DNA from: Verrucomicrobiota bacterium
Lineage (GTDB): Bacteria; Verrucomicrobiota; Verrucomicrobiia; Limisphaerales; AAA164-E04
Direction: 5' to 3'
Assembly (NCBI GenBank): GCA_047947115.1
Contig: CP170459.1
Coordinates: forward strand, 384,001 to 448,000
Length of the DNA: 64,000 bases
The translations under genes and the position numbers were made by a program. The notes under the pieces are model-generated. The model was not told the origin of the DNA, made no database searches, and saw only the letters and a list, made by a program, of their open reading frames with translations. Below, piece by piece: positions 1-9,985 of the stretch (positions within the stretch are counted from its first letter, which is position 1; every line of letters starts with the position of its first letter).

Positions 1-219
1 GACCTTCGAGATCGCAATGTCGGCATCGATCAGGTAACCCGGCTTTTCGATATAGGTGTTCCAACCGGGGTAAAAATCATGGATCACACCATTGAGTCTT
101 TTCTTTTTCGTGGCAGCTATCACGGGAGTATAACCGGCTTCGCGGAATCGATAAACAGCATACAGGATTTCAAAAGATTCCCCTGCGTCATCTGTGACAA
201 TCAATATTTTTTTGCTCAT
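1..219 (-). CDS. DJ-1/PfpI family protein (5' part; runs off the window start)
   Basis: Not in the ORF track. Manual minus-strand translation from ATG at 219 gives MSKKILIVTDDAGESFEILYAVYRFREAGYTPVIAATKKKRLNGVIHDFYPGWNTYIEKPGYLIDADIAISKV, a typical PfpI N-terminus. Confidence 0.8.
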   Translation of the reverse strand, partial: MSKKILIVTDDAGESFEILYAVYRFREAGYTPVIAATKKKRLNGVIHDFYPGWNTYIEKPGYLIDADIAISKV

Positions 220-284
220 AAAATGTTAGGACAATTTCGCCTTTTGTTCAAAAGCTGTCGAGTGGTAATTGGGTAATAAGTAAC

Positions 285-1109
285 TTATTGAGCGGAACCG
301 CCAAACCAACGTCGGTAAGTATCCATAGTCATGCGAGCCGCTGAATCTGAATCTGGAACAGGAAACACTTCAGCAGAAAGATATCCCTTGTAGGAAATAC
401 GACGGAGAGCGGCGGCAATATCGGAGTAGTCCATCATACCGGAACCAGCAGCCTGACGTTGATTATCCACCAAATGAACATGTCCCAACCAGTCCCCGTA
501 AGTGAGCAACCCCTCAGCAATCGAAGATTCCTCGATGTTCATATGAAACAGGTCAGCCAAAACCTTTACGTTGTTTGGCTTCAACCTTTCCAAGAAATCA
601 ACCGTTTCCCTGGCGGTGTTCAAAAGATTGCTCTCGTAGCGATTCAGAGGCTCATAAAGCACACAAGTCCCCAAAGCCTTGGCTCGATCCCCCAACAACA
701 ACAAAGCACCCCCCAACCATTCAAGAGCAAGCTCCCTACAAACCCCATCACCGTGACGCCCCTGCATGGATCCAATAATGACTGGGGCATTGAATCGGGC
801 GGCAGCATCCAATAATGCATAAATGAAATCCCTGGCTTTCGTGCGAACATCTGAGGAAGGATGAGTTAAATGCCAGCGATTACAAACCCATCCCCCCCCT
901 GAACCAACAGCGGCAATTTTCATACCCAACTCATAGGGAATATCCGGAAATACTTCCGGCTTTAAGGCTTTAGAGTCAGGTGGAAATATTTCGACTGCAG
1001 GAAAACCCAAATTCTTAGCACGTTTGGCGTGATCCAATGGATCATGCCAATAAACAAAAGGCCCACCCGCAGCTTCCTTTACCAATGAAATTGTAACACT
1101 TGGAATCAT
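285..1109 (-). CDS. Sugar phosphate isomerase/epimerase (xylose isomerase-like TIM barrel, AP_endonuc_2)
   Basis: Metal-binding motifs YEPLNRYE, DLFHMNIEE, HVHLVD and SAE. Confidence 0.85.
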   Translation of the reverse strand: MIPSVTISLVKEAAGGPFVYWHDPLDHAKRAKNLGFPAVEIFPPDSKALKPEVFPDIPYELGMKIAAVGSGGGWVCNRWHLTHPSSDVRTKARDFIYALLDAAARFNAPVIIGSMQGRHGDGVCRELALEWLGGALLLLGDRAKALGTCVLYEPLNRYESNLLNTARETVDFLERLKPNNVKVLADLFHMNIEESSIAEGLLTYGDWLGHVHLVDNQRQAAGSGMMDYSDIAAALRRISYKGYLSAEVFPVPDSDSAARMTMDTYRRWFGGSAQ

Positions 1110-1159
1110 GAGCAGAACCTTCTCACGATCTGCAAAATTTTGAAAGCAGCATATTTATC

Positions 1160-1180
1160 ATAAAGGGACAGACCTTTTAT
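1160..1180. repeat. Imperfect palindrome upstream of the RAYT gene (candidate REP/end hairpin)
   Basis: ATAAAGG-GACAGA-CCTTTTAT, 60 bp before the probable transposase ATG. Confidence 0.4.
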
Positions 1181-1239
1181 TGTTGCAGAGCGCACTTTGC
1201 TGGAATAATTTTCTTGAAAATCGATGCTCAGAAGCAGTC

Positions 1240-2250
1240 ATGAGAAAGCCCAGAAAGTTTTTGAAGTTCTCGGATCAGGCGCAATTCTTTCATGTTACCA
1301 GCAGAATTGTTAACGGAGATCAAGTCATTGGCCCTGAAGAAAAAGTCTTCTTCCTAAAAACCATGCGCAGACTTGAAGTGTTCACTGGCGTCAGAATAAT
1401 CACCTATTGCTTGATGGATAATCACTTTCACCTACTCATAACAGTTCCTGCTCCCATTTCTTTAAGTGATAAGGAAATCATCCAACGAATGGAACCCCTC
1501 TACGCAAAACCACAATTGGATTTGTTCAAAGAGGAACTTGAGAATGCCCGCAATCATGGTAAGCATGAACTAGCAGACCTGATGTGCCGAAAAGTGACTC
1601 GACGCATGTTTGACCTGTCCATGTTCATGAAAGATCTGAAGCAACGATTCACTCAATGGTTCAATCGCCGTCATTCCAGAAGAGGAACATTATGGGAAGA
1701 ACGATTTCGAAGCGTTTTGCTGGAAGGCTCCAAACATGTTTTAATGACAACAGGCGCTTACATTGATCTGAATCCCCTTCGAGCCGGTATATGTAATGAT
1801 CCAAAGGATTACCCATATTCAGGATATGGCGCAGCAATGAAGGGGCATCAAATTGAACTGGAACGTATTACAACCATAAACCCAGAAAAGAATCAAACCT
1901 TATCCGCATCTGCTTCTTTGGATTCTTATCGCAATTATCTTTACTCAATTAATCCCCGAAAATCTTTCCATGATGAGACTGCCGATCTTCTTGCTTCATT
2001 TGATAGAAGAAAAGCACTGAAGGAACTTGAGAAATCAGGGACCTTGGATTTTTGGCAGCTATTGAGATGTCGAGTCCGATACTTTTCTTCTGGAACCGTT
2101 TTGGGAAGCCGATCATTTGTGGACTCTTTCTTTATCGATAAACGCGAGTATTTTGGCCCTCACCGGACATCAGGCGCACGAGGTATGAAAGGGGGAGATT
2201 GGCTCGGCATCTATAGTCTTCGTGCTTTAGCAATGAGAAGGTTTAGATGA
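1240..2250 (+). CDS. REP-associated tyrosine transposase (RAYT) / IS200-like Y1 HUH transposase
   Basis: FHVTSR, YCLMDNHFHLL (HUH), GTLWEERFRS, YIDLNPLRAG (catalytic Tyr), PKDYPYSGY. Probable start is MRKPRK at 1240; the ORF track starts at 1180. Visibly more AT-rich than the downstream gene. Confidence 0.85.
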   Translation: MRKPRKFLKFSDQAQFFHVTSRIVNGDQVIGPEEKVFFLKTMRRLEVFTGVRIITYCLMDNHFHLLITVPAPISLSDKEIIQRMEPLYAKPQLDLFKEELENARNHGKHELADLMCRKVTRRMFDLSMFMKDLKQRFTQWFNRRHSRRGTLWEERFRSVLLEGSKHVLMTTGAYIDLNPLRAGICNDPKDYPYSGYGAAMKGHQIELERITTINPEKNQTLSASASLDSYRNYLYSINPRKSFHDETADLLASFDRRKALKELEKSGTLDFWQLLRCRVRYFSSGTVLGSRSFVDSFFIDKREYFGPHRTSGARGMKGGDWLGIYSLRALAMRRFR

Positions 2251-2257
2251 TGACAGA

Positions 2258-5200
2258 CTACTTTGCCAGGCGAAAGAACTCCTTCATCCTGTTTGGAGAG
2301 ATAGTATAGGAGGTTGAGGAATCCTGGCGCACCCCATTCCCTTCCCCGACTGGCAACCATTCACCCCCCAACTCTGAAGTCGATTCCAAACGGAAGTCTG
2401 TCCTACCCAGCTCCCAGGCCACGACGACATTTGCCCCCTCGGCAACTAATTCCAGATCAGGAGGCCCCAGTCGAGGTTCGATAAACTCGTTGAGAAAACT
2501 ATGTCGACGTTGAATATGATTCATTAAGTTAGATACGCTACCACTACGATTTCCTTCGGCAGCAATTGATTCAATGAATGGCTGAAGAGCCTCAGGCGAG
2601 TGCACGGTGTTGTTAAGCTGGTAAAACAATTCCAAAAACTCATCTTCGTAGGCGATCAAAAAGGAATCTTTGATCCGATTCCACCACCCGGAACGATTAC
2701 CCACATTTCCTATACGCATCTCTTCAGCGCCCCGGTACGGATTAGCATTCCATTCACCAAAACTCCCCCCCAATGTGTTATCCATATCCCAAGGAAACAT
2801 GCACCATTTACCATCTTCCGCTTTTCGATACAGGTAATGATTTTGAAACATGTCATCAAATGTGCCGACATAGTTGATGGTGCATATGTATCGCAGTGTC
2901 AGGTCTACATCAAAATGGTCTGCCAACCAATTTCTCAAAAACACGGCTCCTCTGTCTCTGGCTTGATGCAGACCTTCAATCATAGGTTCAACGATATCCG
3001 CTTTCCCGTCTCTCGGCTCATTAGTCCAATTTCTGGTTTTACGGTTGAAAGTATATTCGTAACGATCACTCTCACTAAAACCGTTGCGCGAACCTTGAAT
3101 CAATCTTGCATCGCCCCAGCTCCAAGGGCCTTCATCAGCGGTATATCCCTGTGACTTGAAGAGATCTCCGACATCATCAAACCAACGATCGACCATATCT
3201 CTTCCAGGTCGTTCGATCTGGAAAGCATCGGGGTTAAAACTACATCCATTGATTCGTAAATTTGCCCAGGAAGTCCTTGGCGCTGGCACCCCCGCCAGTT
3301 CAAACATCTTAAAAGAAACACGCTGAGGCCAACCGGACTGCTTTTGTAAAATCAAAGTGTCTATGTCATCCCAATTCCGATAGGACGGAAATCGAATACG
3401 CCAGCTTCGAACCTGTGCGGATCTGTCCAGATGAGACGGGCAGTCAAAGGAAATAGTCTGCCCTCCCCGTCGATTCCAACGACTTCCCTGATGCCGAACC
3501 GTCACATCGAACACCTGACCCTGTGACACAAAGGTCGCGGACACTTCATTGTTCCAGGTCGGGTTCGGTTGACTTCCCGAAACACGACCGGCAGCGGTCC
3601 AGTTGTGCAGTTGGCGCCAGTTCGAGGAGCTAATAAACAAGTGATATTGATTGGGTTGAATGGTGGCCTCTGCCGGATCGACGAAGTAGGCATGCCAGGC
3701 AAATGCATCACGTTCTGAATCTGGACTTAGGACTGTCAAGCCCTCGTCAGTTTGAAGTTTCACGCGATACCTTACCACTGAATTTGCTGATTGCGCTGGC
3801 AACGTAACGGTCCATTTTATCGGTGATTGAACTCCCTGCTGGTCCACATCTGGCTGCAAGGGCAATTGATTTAATGCTTCATTTTCACGTTCGAAATCAT
3901 CCACGAAATATTCAATCGTAACCGATTGTATATTGTCCAACCGATCAAATTCTGAAAGCGTTGCGACTATCTCCGGAGTCGTTGTGCTGAAAATCATTTG
4001 TGCATTCATCGAAATGGATTCAAAAGTGGACAAGGACTCACAATCCCATTGGGGGTTGGGTCCATTCGGTGCAGGAGAAGGTTGAGCCACCCAGTTCGCA
4101 GGGGACATGCCGGGTGAAACATCACATCGCCTTTGCAAAGAATAGCCCATGATCGGATTCCCAGCGTAACCGTCGGCCAAAGAGGGCCACGGGTAGTCAT
4201 CATCATAGCTAACCTGATCCACCAAGCGCCCATCGGCTCGAATCAATGAAATGTCCCCTCCTCCGTTTGGCAAACCCCCTCCGTAACCTTGAGGCAAAAG
4301 TGAATCACTAAACTCAAACATCCTTTCCAATCGCTCAGGTGACGAGGCTATGGTCAGATGTCGGCCGGGAGATAAAAGTGTTCCTTCCGGAAAAAGATAA
4401 AACACACTGCCGGCAATCACCCAATGATCCAACGACACCATTTCATTGCTGACATTCTGAATCTTGATGAACTCCAAATCCCGTTCATCCTCCGTGTCAG
4501 TCGCCGCGTGGTAAAGAAACTCCGCGATCACTACCTGACTTGGTGCATTAGCGGGACAGTCTTTGAGGAAATTTGCTGCCCCGGGTGAGGGTCTTCCAAT
4601 CGGTGAACCGAACCACTGAGTTGATTGGTTGAGTTCATCGCTCCAACATCCACGCTCAATGGAAGAACCCAAACCATCAGCCGTTACCGGCCAAGGTGAG
4701 GAATCGGAATACTCGATCCAATCCACCGCCACATCATAATTGTTCAACAACCCGATGGATTCACCACTATTTCGCAACCTTCCACGAAATGTGTCGGCAA
4801 TGATGTTGTCGGAAACGCCAAAGGATTCCATCACCGCGCTACGATTTCCCGCCACCAATGCCAGCGCATCCCCAGAAATCACCATATCTGATGGGAACAG
4901 GGCGTTCAAGCCTCTGAGTTTCCACCTGCCTAATGGCACTTCTGTTTGAGAGATGTTGAGGAGTTCTATGTATTCAGCCTCTTCATTCAATACGGGATGA
5001 TACATGATTTCATTGAGCACCACCGGACCAAAACGGTGACGTACATTGATTTGTCCCGGAGTGGAAACATGCTGATAGAACCATTGATCCCCGCCATCCG
5101 GATATCGCCCGATAGAAACGTCCTGGTCCATTGGGCCGAAGGCATAGGACGCAGCTACGAACGACCCATCCTGTGCTGTCAGAAAAACTTGTTCACCAAG

Positions 5201-6604
5201 CGAACTGATCCCAAAACCTGTCAATCCCACACTGATCTCCTGCACCAAAAAACCACCAGCAGTTATGATCGTGGGAGAAGGAATTTGATAGAGCATCAGA
5301 TTGTCCTGCTTATCCGATAGCCACATCCCACCAATATCAACCTCCGTGTCATTTGGATTGTACAGCTCGATAAAATCCGCCGTTTGTGTTCCATTCGCAA
5401 ACACTTCATTGATCACAATCGATCGTTGCTGATCTCCGGTTGTGGCTTCAGCCCGCAGAGTGGCGATCAACTCCGGTCCCATCACAAAATCTGAACTCAC
5501 CCCGATGCCCACATTGTGTCCTTGAATGGCTAGCCAATTGATGCCGGGTTTTAGCAGATCAAGACTGGAGGTTAGATCGATGGCCAACGGATCATAATCA
5601 CTACCGGCATTGGCTGACTGGTCAAAAGGAGGGGGATTACCACTGACCCCTGCGGCTCCGATGCGCACCCCGTTCAAGTAGGCCACGAAACTGTCATCGT
5701 AATTCATGACCAACCGCATGGTTTCAACACGTTGCAAGTCGGCGGCAGGAAGATCAAAGGGAATACGAGCATAAAGGGAAATGTAACTGTTCCGCATGTC
5801 GTTTAGAATGGTCGACAAATGATCACTCTCGGCCGGATCATTGCTGTAGCCGAACCCGCTTTGCCCATTGAGCCAGTTGTCATCCGTTTCAAAATCAGGA
5901 AGTGTCCAGGTTGTATTGCCTGAACTAGGCTCCTGATTCCCTTTGAAGTAGGAGCCCCGGGAACCTTTCCGAACCAAATGAATCATTAGATCGCCGGGAT
6001 CACTCGATGGTTCCGAAGTTCCGGGAGAACCACCGATCGAATGGCTCGCGCTCCAATTACCCGGGAGATCGTTATCAAGAGAATGATCCAAAATCACGAG
6101 TGAATGCCCAGCACCATCGGCTGATGCCGGCCATGCCCCGACGGATCCGTAGCGGAATCTCAGAACCGGATCCCCAAATCCATCCACCAAAACAATCTCT
6201 TCACCGGAGTTGCTGAGTTGTCCTTCGTAATTTCCGAAGACATTCTGGATGCTATAGTGGGCGGAAACAGCATCAGCATCCTTGGCCAACACAAGATATG
6301 ACCCGGGCTGCATCCGGGTTTCATTGGGAAAAACAAACTGAACCCCCTCTTCAAAGTACCATTGTCCCAAATCGACGGATTCGGATCCAGAATTGTAAAA
6401 CTCGATATACTCCAAAGACTCACCTTCGGCCCCATTGTCGCTCTCCGCAGGATGATACATCAGCTCACTGACCACAATCTGGCTTGTCACAATAGGTTGA
6501 ATTCCAAGAGAAAATATCAAAGCCACCACAAGGCGAGAAAGCCACCGCAAGGGATTCGATTTGTACCGACAGGTGGTGTGGGGCATGGATTGACTCGTGT
6601 TCAT
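2258..6604 (-). CDS. Secreted multi-lamin-tail-domain (LTD) protein with CotH-family kinase domain
   Basis: Signal peptide; four LTD-like units (SELMYHP...EYIEFYN, INEVFAN...FIELYN, LNEIMYHP...EYIELLN, IAEFLYH...EFIKIQN); CotH motifs DDMFQNHYLYR and FPWDMDNT; C-terminal W...FFRL tail. Confidence 0.85.
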   Translation of the reverse strand: MNTSQSMPHTTCRYKSNPLRWLSRLVVALIFSLGIQPIVTSQIVVSELMYHPAESDNGAEGESLEYIEFYNSGSESVDLGQWYFEEGVQFVFPNETRMQPGSYLVLAKDADAVSAHYSIQNVFGNYEGQLSNSGEEIVLVDGFGDPVLRFRYGSVGAWPASADGAGHSLVILDHSLDNDLPGNWSASHSIGGSPGTSEPSSDPGDLMIHLVRKGSRGSYFKGNQEPSSGNTTWTLPDFETDDNWLNGQSGFGYSNDPAESDHLSTILNDMRNSYISLYARIPFDLPAADLQRVETMRLVMNYDDSFVAYLNGVRIGAAGVSGNPPPFDQSANAGSDYDPLAIDLTSSLDLLKPGINWLAIQGHNVGIGVSSDFVMGPELIATLRAEATTGDQQRSIVINEVFANGTQTADFIELYNPNDTEVDIGGMWLSDKQDNLMLYQIPSPTIITAGGFLVQEISVGLTGFGISSLGEQVFLTAQDGSFVAASYAFGPMDQDVSIGRYPDGGDQWFYQHVSTPGQINVRHRFGPVVLNEIMYHPVLNEEAEYIELLNISQTEVPLGRWKLRGLNALFPSDMVISGDALALVAGNRSAVMESFGVSDNIIADTFRGRLRNSGESIGLLNNYDVAVDWIEYSDSSPWPVTADGLGSSIERGCWSDELNQSTQWFGSPIGRPSPGAANFLKDCPANAPSQVVIAEFLYHAATDTEDERDLEFIKIQNVSNEMVSLDHWVIAGSVFYLFPEGTLLSPGRHLTIASSPERLERMFEFSDSLLPQGYGGGLPNGGGDISLIRADGRLVDQVSYDDDYPWPSLADGYAGNPIMGYSLQRRCDVSPGMSPANWVAQPSPAPNGPNPQWDCESLSTFESISMNAQMIFSTTTPEIVATLSEFDRLDNIQSVTIEYFVDDFERENEALNQLPLQPDVDQQGVQSPIKWTVTLPAQSANSVVRYRVKLQTDEGLTVLSPDSERDAFAWHAYFVDPAEATIQPNQYHLFISSSNWRQLHNWTAAGRVSGSQPNPTWNNEVSATFVSQGQVFDVTVRHQGSRWNRRGGQTISFDCPSHLDRSAQVRSWRIRFPSYRNWDDIDTLILQKQSGWPQRVSFKMFELAGVPAPRTSWANLRINGCSFNPDAFQIERPGRDMVDRWFDDVGDLFKSQGYTADEGPWSWGDARLIQGSRNGFSESDRYEYTFNRKTRNWTNEPRDGKADIVEPMIEGLHQARDRGAVFLRNWLADHFDVDLTLRYICTINYVGTFDDMFQNHYLYRKAEDGKWCMFPWDMDNTLGGSFGEWNANPYRGAEEMRIGNVGNRSGWWNRIKDSFLIAYEDEFLELFYQLNNTVHSPEALQPFIESIAAEGNRSGSVSNLMNHIQRRHSFLNEFIEPRLGPPDLELVAEGANVVVAWELGRTDFRLESTSELGGEWLPVGEGNGVRQDSSTSYTISPNRMKEFFRLAK

Positions 6605-6879
6605 GGATTAAGAATAGCAGAATCAATGCCATTCAGAAAAGTTCAGGTTTCAGGAGATCGTGGCATGTGAGACAGACCAAGCGCTGAAGGCCATCAGAAG
6701 TCAACGCAAAGTGAATGGGATACAATATGTTGATATTGCTCAGGTGAAGCAACGGCATCGACAGCGATGAGTTGCTACCCGTTGGTGATGGGGATCCGCG
6801 TTATCCAACATGAGGCAAAAATCCCTTTTACGCTCGCGCACCCACGGCGGTGGAACCCTAGCTTGTGGCGCAGCCTGGT

Positions 6880-8049
6880 TTAGCGGAAAATAACGCAAAC
6901 TGGAGTCGGCACGTCAACTCTTACACCAGTTGACTGCAAGGCACCTGTGTTTTCGTCAATCTTGAACACCACGACCGAATCAGTTCCCTGGTTGGCGGCG
7001 ATCAGAAACTTGCCGGTGGGATCAATCCCAAAACCTCTGGGGGTCTCACCTTGAGTGGATTCCGTTTCAATCAAGGTAAGTTTTCCGTTTTCGTGATTCA
7101 CTGAAAAAGCAGCAATGCTGTGGTGGCCACGATTGCTTCCATAGAGATATTTTCCAGATGGATGCATGAAGATTTCGGCAGTGTAACTTACCCCTTCAAA
7201 ATCATGGGGCAGTGTGGAAATAGTCTGGATCTCTTCCAGCTTACCCAGCTCTGGGTCGTAGCTGAAAACCACAACGGTATTGCTGAGTTCATTGATAACG
7301 TATCCAAAAGACTGATTCGGATGAAATGCAAAATGTCGCGGTCCCGAACCGGCTTTCACCGAAACGGAAGCGGCTTTGTAGATATTGAATCGTCTGTTCT
7401 TTGCATCAAATGGATAAATAAAAACCTTGTCGACACCAAGATCGGCGGCAACAGCGAAACGATTGGCCGCATCGAGATTGATGCAATGAGCATGGGCAGC
7501 TTCCTGGCGCTGAGGATTCACGCTGGATCCCAGATGTTCGACGACATCGGCTGTGGTTCCCAAGCCACCATTCTCCTCGATAGGCAAAACCGACACCGTG
7601 CCGCTGGTGTAATTGGCGATGAGAGCACTACCTCCAGTCGAATCGATCTGGATATGACACGGTGCGGCTCCCCTGCTTGCCTGTTGATTGATCAACTCCA
7701 AAGCGCCATGCCGGTCGGCAATATGAAAAGCACTCACAGCTCCGGTCTTTTCTCCCTGGTAATCTCCAGTTTCATTGACTGCATACAGAAGGGGTCTGGA
7801 GGGATGCAAAGCCAGAAAGGAGGGATTGACGGACTCAGCCGCCAAACGCACATCGGAAGTCACCTTGCCGGTGTGCGTGTCAAAATCGAATACATAGATC
7901 CCCTTGCTTTTGGCATTGGTGTAGGTACCGATGTAAACTTGAACCGTTTCTGCATGCATCAAATTCATGGACAACAAGCATGCGGCGAAAGCAAACATGC
8001 GTCGACACTTTGTCCCAATTTCCGGTTTCCAAAAGCACAAGGATTTCAT
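6880..8049 (-). CDS. pgl: Lactonase family 7-bladed beta-propeller (6-phosphogluconolactonase-like), probably exported
   Basis: VYIGTYT, NPSFLA, ANYTSG, HAHC, GSGPRHFAFHP, YGSNRGH, TPRGF. Start uncertain (8049 chosen; ORF track 8085). Confidence 0.8.
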   Translation of the reverse strand: MKSLCFWKPEIGTKCRRMFAFAACLLSMNLMHAETVQVYIGTYTNAKSKGIYVFDFDTHTGKVTSDVRLAAESVNPSFLALHPSRPLLYAVNETGDYQGEKTGAVSAFHIADRHGALELINQQASRGAAPCHIQIDSTGGSALIANYTSGTVSVLPIEENGGLGTTADVVEHLGSSVNPQRQEAAHAHCINLDAANRFAVAADLGVDKVFIYPFDAKNRRFNIYKAASVSVKAGSGPRHFAFHPNQSFGYVINELSNTVVVFSYDPELGKLEEIQTISTLPHDFEGVSYTAEIFMHPSGKYLYGSNRGHHSIAAFSVNHENGKLTLIETESTQGETPRGFGIDPTGKFLIAANQGTDSVVVFKIDENTGALQSTGVRVDVPTPVCVIFR

Positions 8050-8088
8050 GGCACCCATCAATCCCCAAGCGCATGGAAAAATCAAGAA

Positions 8089-8409
8089 TCAAAAAATGGA
8101 TTCGCCAACGATGATGGTTGCATTTGTCCTGAGTTTGGGAATTTGACTTTCAGGAGTCTTTTTCAAATCTCTTAATTTGAATGTCTCCACTTTCTCTTTA
8201 CCTTCATCGGTGTATTTCAAAGTGACATCATCTGCCAACTTTTCATACCCTCCTGCGATGGCAATCGCATCCAGTAAGTCGATACCAATATCCCGAGGCA
8301 CTTCATAGAATCCTGGCTTATTCACTTGCCCCAATATCTTGAATCGTATGATTTCAGGCTGGGCGTTTTGAGCTTCCTTTGACTTTTTCGTCAATGCATC
8401 CACTCTCAT
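8089..8409 (-). CDS. Small stand-alone SLBB (beta-grasp) domain protein, possibly a fragment
   Basis: ILGQVNKPGFYE...LLDAIAIAGG and terminal IIVGESIF resemble the SLBB domains of Wza-type proteins. No signal peptide; in-frame TAG 10 codons upstream. Confidence 0.6.
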   Translation of the reverse strand: MRVDALTKKSKEAQNAQPEIIRFKILGQVNKPGFYEVPRDIGIDLLDAIAIAGGYEKLADDVTLKYTDEGKEKVETFKLRDLKKTPESQIPKLRTNATIIVGESIF

Positions 8410-8471
8410 AAGGACGCCTTGGAATGAAAGTAATTCCTACTGCACCCTTCAGATAGAATCCCGCGACTGCG

Positions 8472-9985
8472 CATGCGCGTCAGGATAAAGCCAGGAGGTT
8501 TTGTTCATAGTTTTGACGAGATCGTTTGTCATATTTGCATTGGTATCTCATTTGTATAGGGATAGCATCGCTGACTTGTACATTCCACGCTTCAAAACAC
8601 AGAGCCAAAAAGTAATCTCCCAGTAGAGCAGCCACTTTCAACATGCTCAAATGCGCCGCGTTGCAAGTCTGCCCCGGGGCAAGCCAGTCACGCTCTATCA
8701 AGTTTGTAAGAACGGTAATAAAAATGAGTCGTGCACAAACCACTATCCGGAGTTGCTCTGCAGAACCGTCAGGAACCTCGGTGATACGAAAATGGCTTTT
8801 CCATGCCTTAAAAATGGTTTCTATCCGCCAGCGCAAACCGTAGATCTTTGCCACTTCTTTTGCTGTGCATTCGTTCTGGGGAACATTGGTTGTGAATATC
8901 GCCCAACCAAGCAACTCCAACCTTTGGGCATTGGGCTTTCGCCTTTTATCACGATTGCTCTTGGCTTTGCGTCGCCGTTCTGCCGCGATCTCATCGGGAA
9001 GTTTGATGGCCACCAATCGCACGGGTAACTGCTTATCTGAGAGCAAAACATCAAAGTCCAAATTTCCTAATCGTTTCAGTTTTTTGAGTAAATCGATTTT
9101 TTCTCCTGTGGCTGGGTCCCTCACTTCGATATCCAATCGGATTCGACTCAAATAATAGGCTCCAGCGTTTGCTATCTGTTGGAATGATTCTATCACGAAA
9201 TAGCCCAAGTCACGGAGTATTAAGTCCCCCTTACGTATGACTTTCAAAATATCATAAGTTGCGGTTTGGTCGTTACGTCTAAATCCACTTATCCCGAAGT
9301 AGAGGAATTGTTGATTTTGTATATCCTGAATGGCTTGTATTTTCAGCGATGCAATTTTGGAACCACTTTGGTTAGCCGAACCGGGAAAAGCAGCCGCCAG
9401 TTTCGAATTTACTTTGATGGTCGTGCTATCATGAACAAGGATTCGTGGAAATCGATTGAACTTGTTTGGGACGTTGCGGCCATTGTCTTTGGATTTGGCG
9501 CTTAATACTAGCGCCAGGATGCATTGAATATAATTCACAGCGCCCTGGTTCATTCGTTCCCACAATGACTGTTTGGCAATAGTATTATTGCTCAAAATTC
9601 CCAACAAAGTCGCCCATCGACTCAAACTTGCGGTGCCTTGGCAAACCAATAGAATAGTCGCTTGTAGAAAAAATTCGGGCATTATTTTTCGCGGAGTTCG
9701 CAGGACAAAGCCGGTGGCGCGAGCAAGTGTCTGGAAATCGAAATCAGCGAACCAACCGGTTAATGTTTGGGCACATCGGTGCCATTCATGAGGCAGGGAA
9801 ACCCCTTGTGAATCTGGGAGTAAAGTCAAACATTTGGGTTGAGGTCTTGTTGTGTGTTGAAGATCTGAAGATGATATTGTCTGACAAGGATTTGTTGGAG
9901 AGTCATTCGGAAAAGTAGAAAGCAAACTGTACATAAAAGTACAGCTTTATCGTTAAAAATAATCATTTTTATCCTGACGCGCATG
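8472..9985 (-). mobile_element. IS4-family insertion sequence (IS231-like), complete
   Basis: Perfect 18-bp terminal IRs CATGCGCGTCAGGATAAA (8472-8489) and TTTATCCTGACGCGCATG (9968-9985); 10-bp direct repeat CGCGACTGCG at 8462-8471 and 9986-9995. Confidence 0.95.
8480..9934 (-). CDS. IS4-family DDE transposase
   Basis: HDSTTIK, RDLGYF and the YREK signature YGLRWRIETIFKAWKS; the stop codon lies inside the IR. Confidence 0.93.
   Translation of the reverse strand: MYSLLSTFPNDSPTNPCQTISSSDLQHTTRPQPKCLTLLPDSQGVSLPHEWHRCAQTLTGWFADFDFQTLARATGFVLRTPRKIMPEFFLQATILLVCQGTASLSRWATLLGILSNNTIAKQSLWERMNQGAVNYIQCILALVLSAKSKDNGRNVPNKFNRFPRILVHDSTTIKVNSKLAAAFPGSANQSGSKIASLKIQAIQDIQNQQFLYFGISGFRRNDQTATYDILKVIRKGDLILRDLGYFVIESFQQIANAGAYYLSRIRLDIEVRDPATGEKIDLLKKLKRLGNLDFDVLLSDKQLPVRLVAIKLPDEIAAERRRKAKSNRDKRRKPNAQRLELLGWAIFTTNVPQNECTAKEVAKIYGLRWRIETIFKAWKSHFRITEVPDGSAEQLRIVVCARLIFITVLTNLIERDWLAPGQTCNAAHLSMLKVAALLGDYFLALCFEAWNVQVSDAIPIQMRYQCKYDKRSRQNYEQNLLALS

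Noticed and set aside
7120..8175. 351-aa plus-strand ORF
   Set aside because: Antisense shadow of the lactonase gene; no recognisable motifs.
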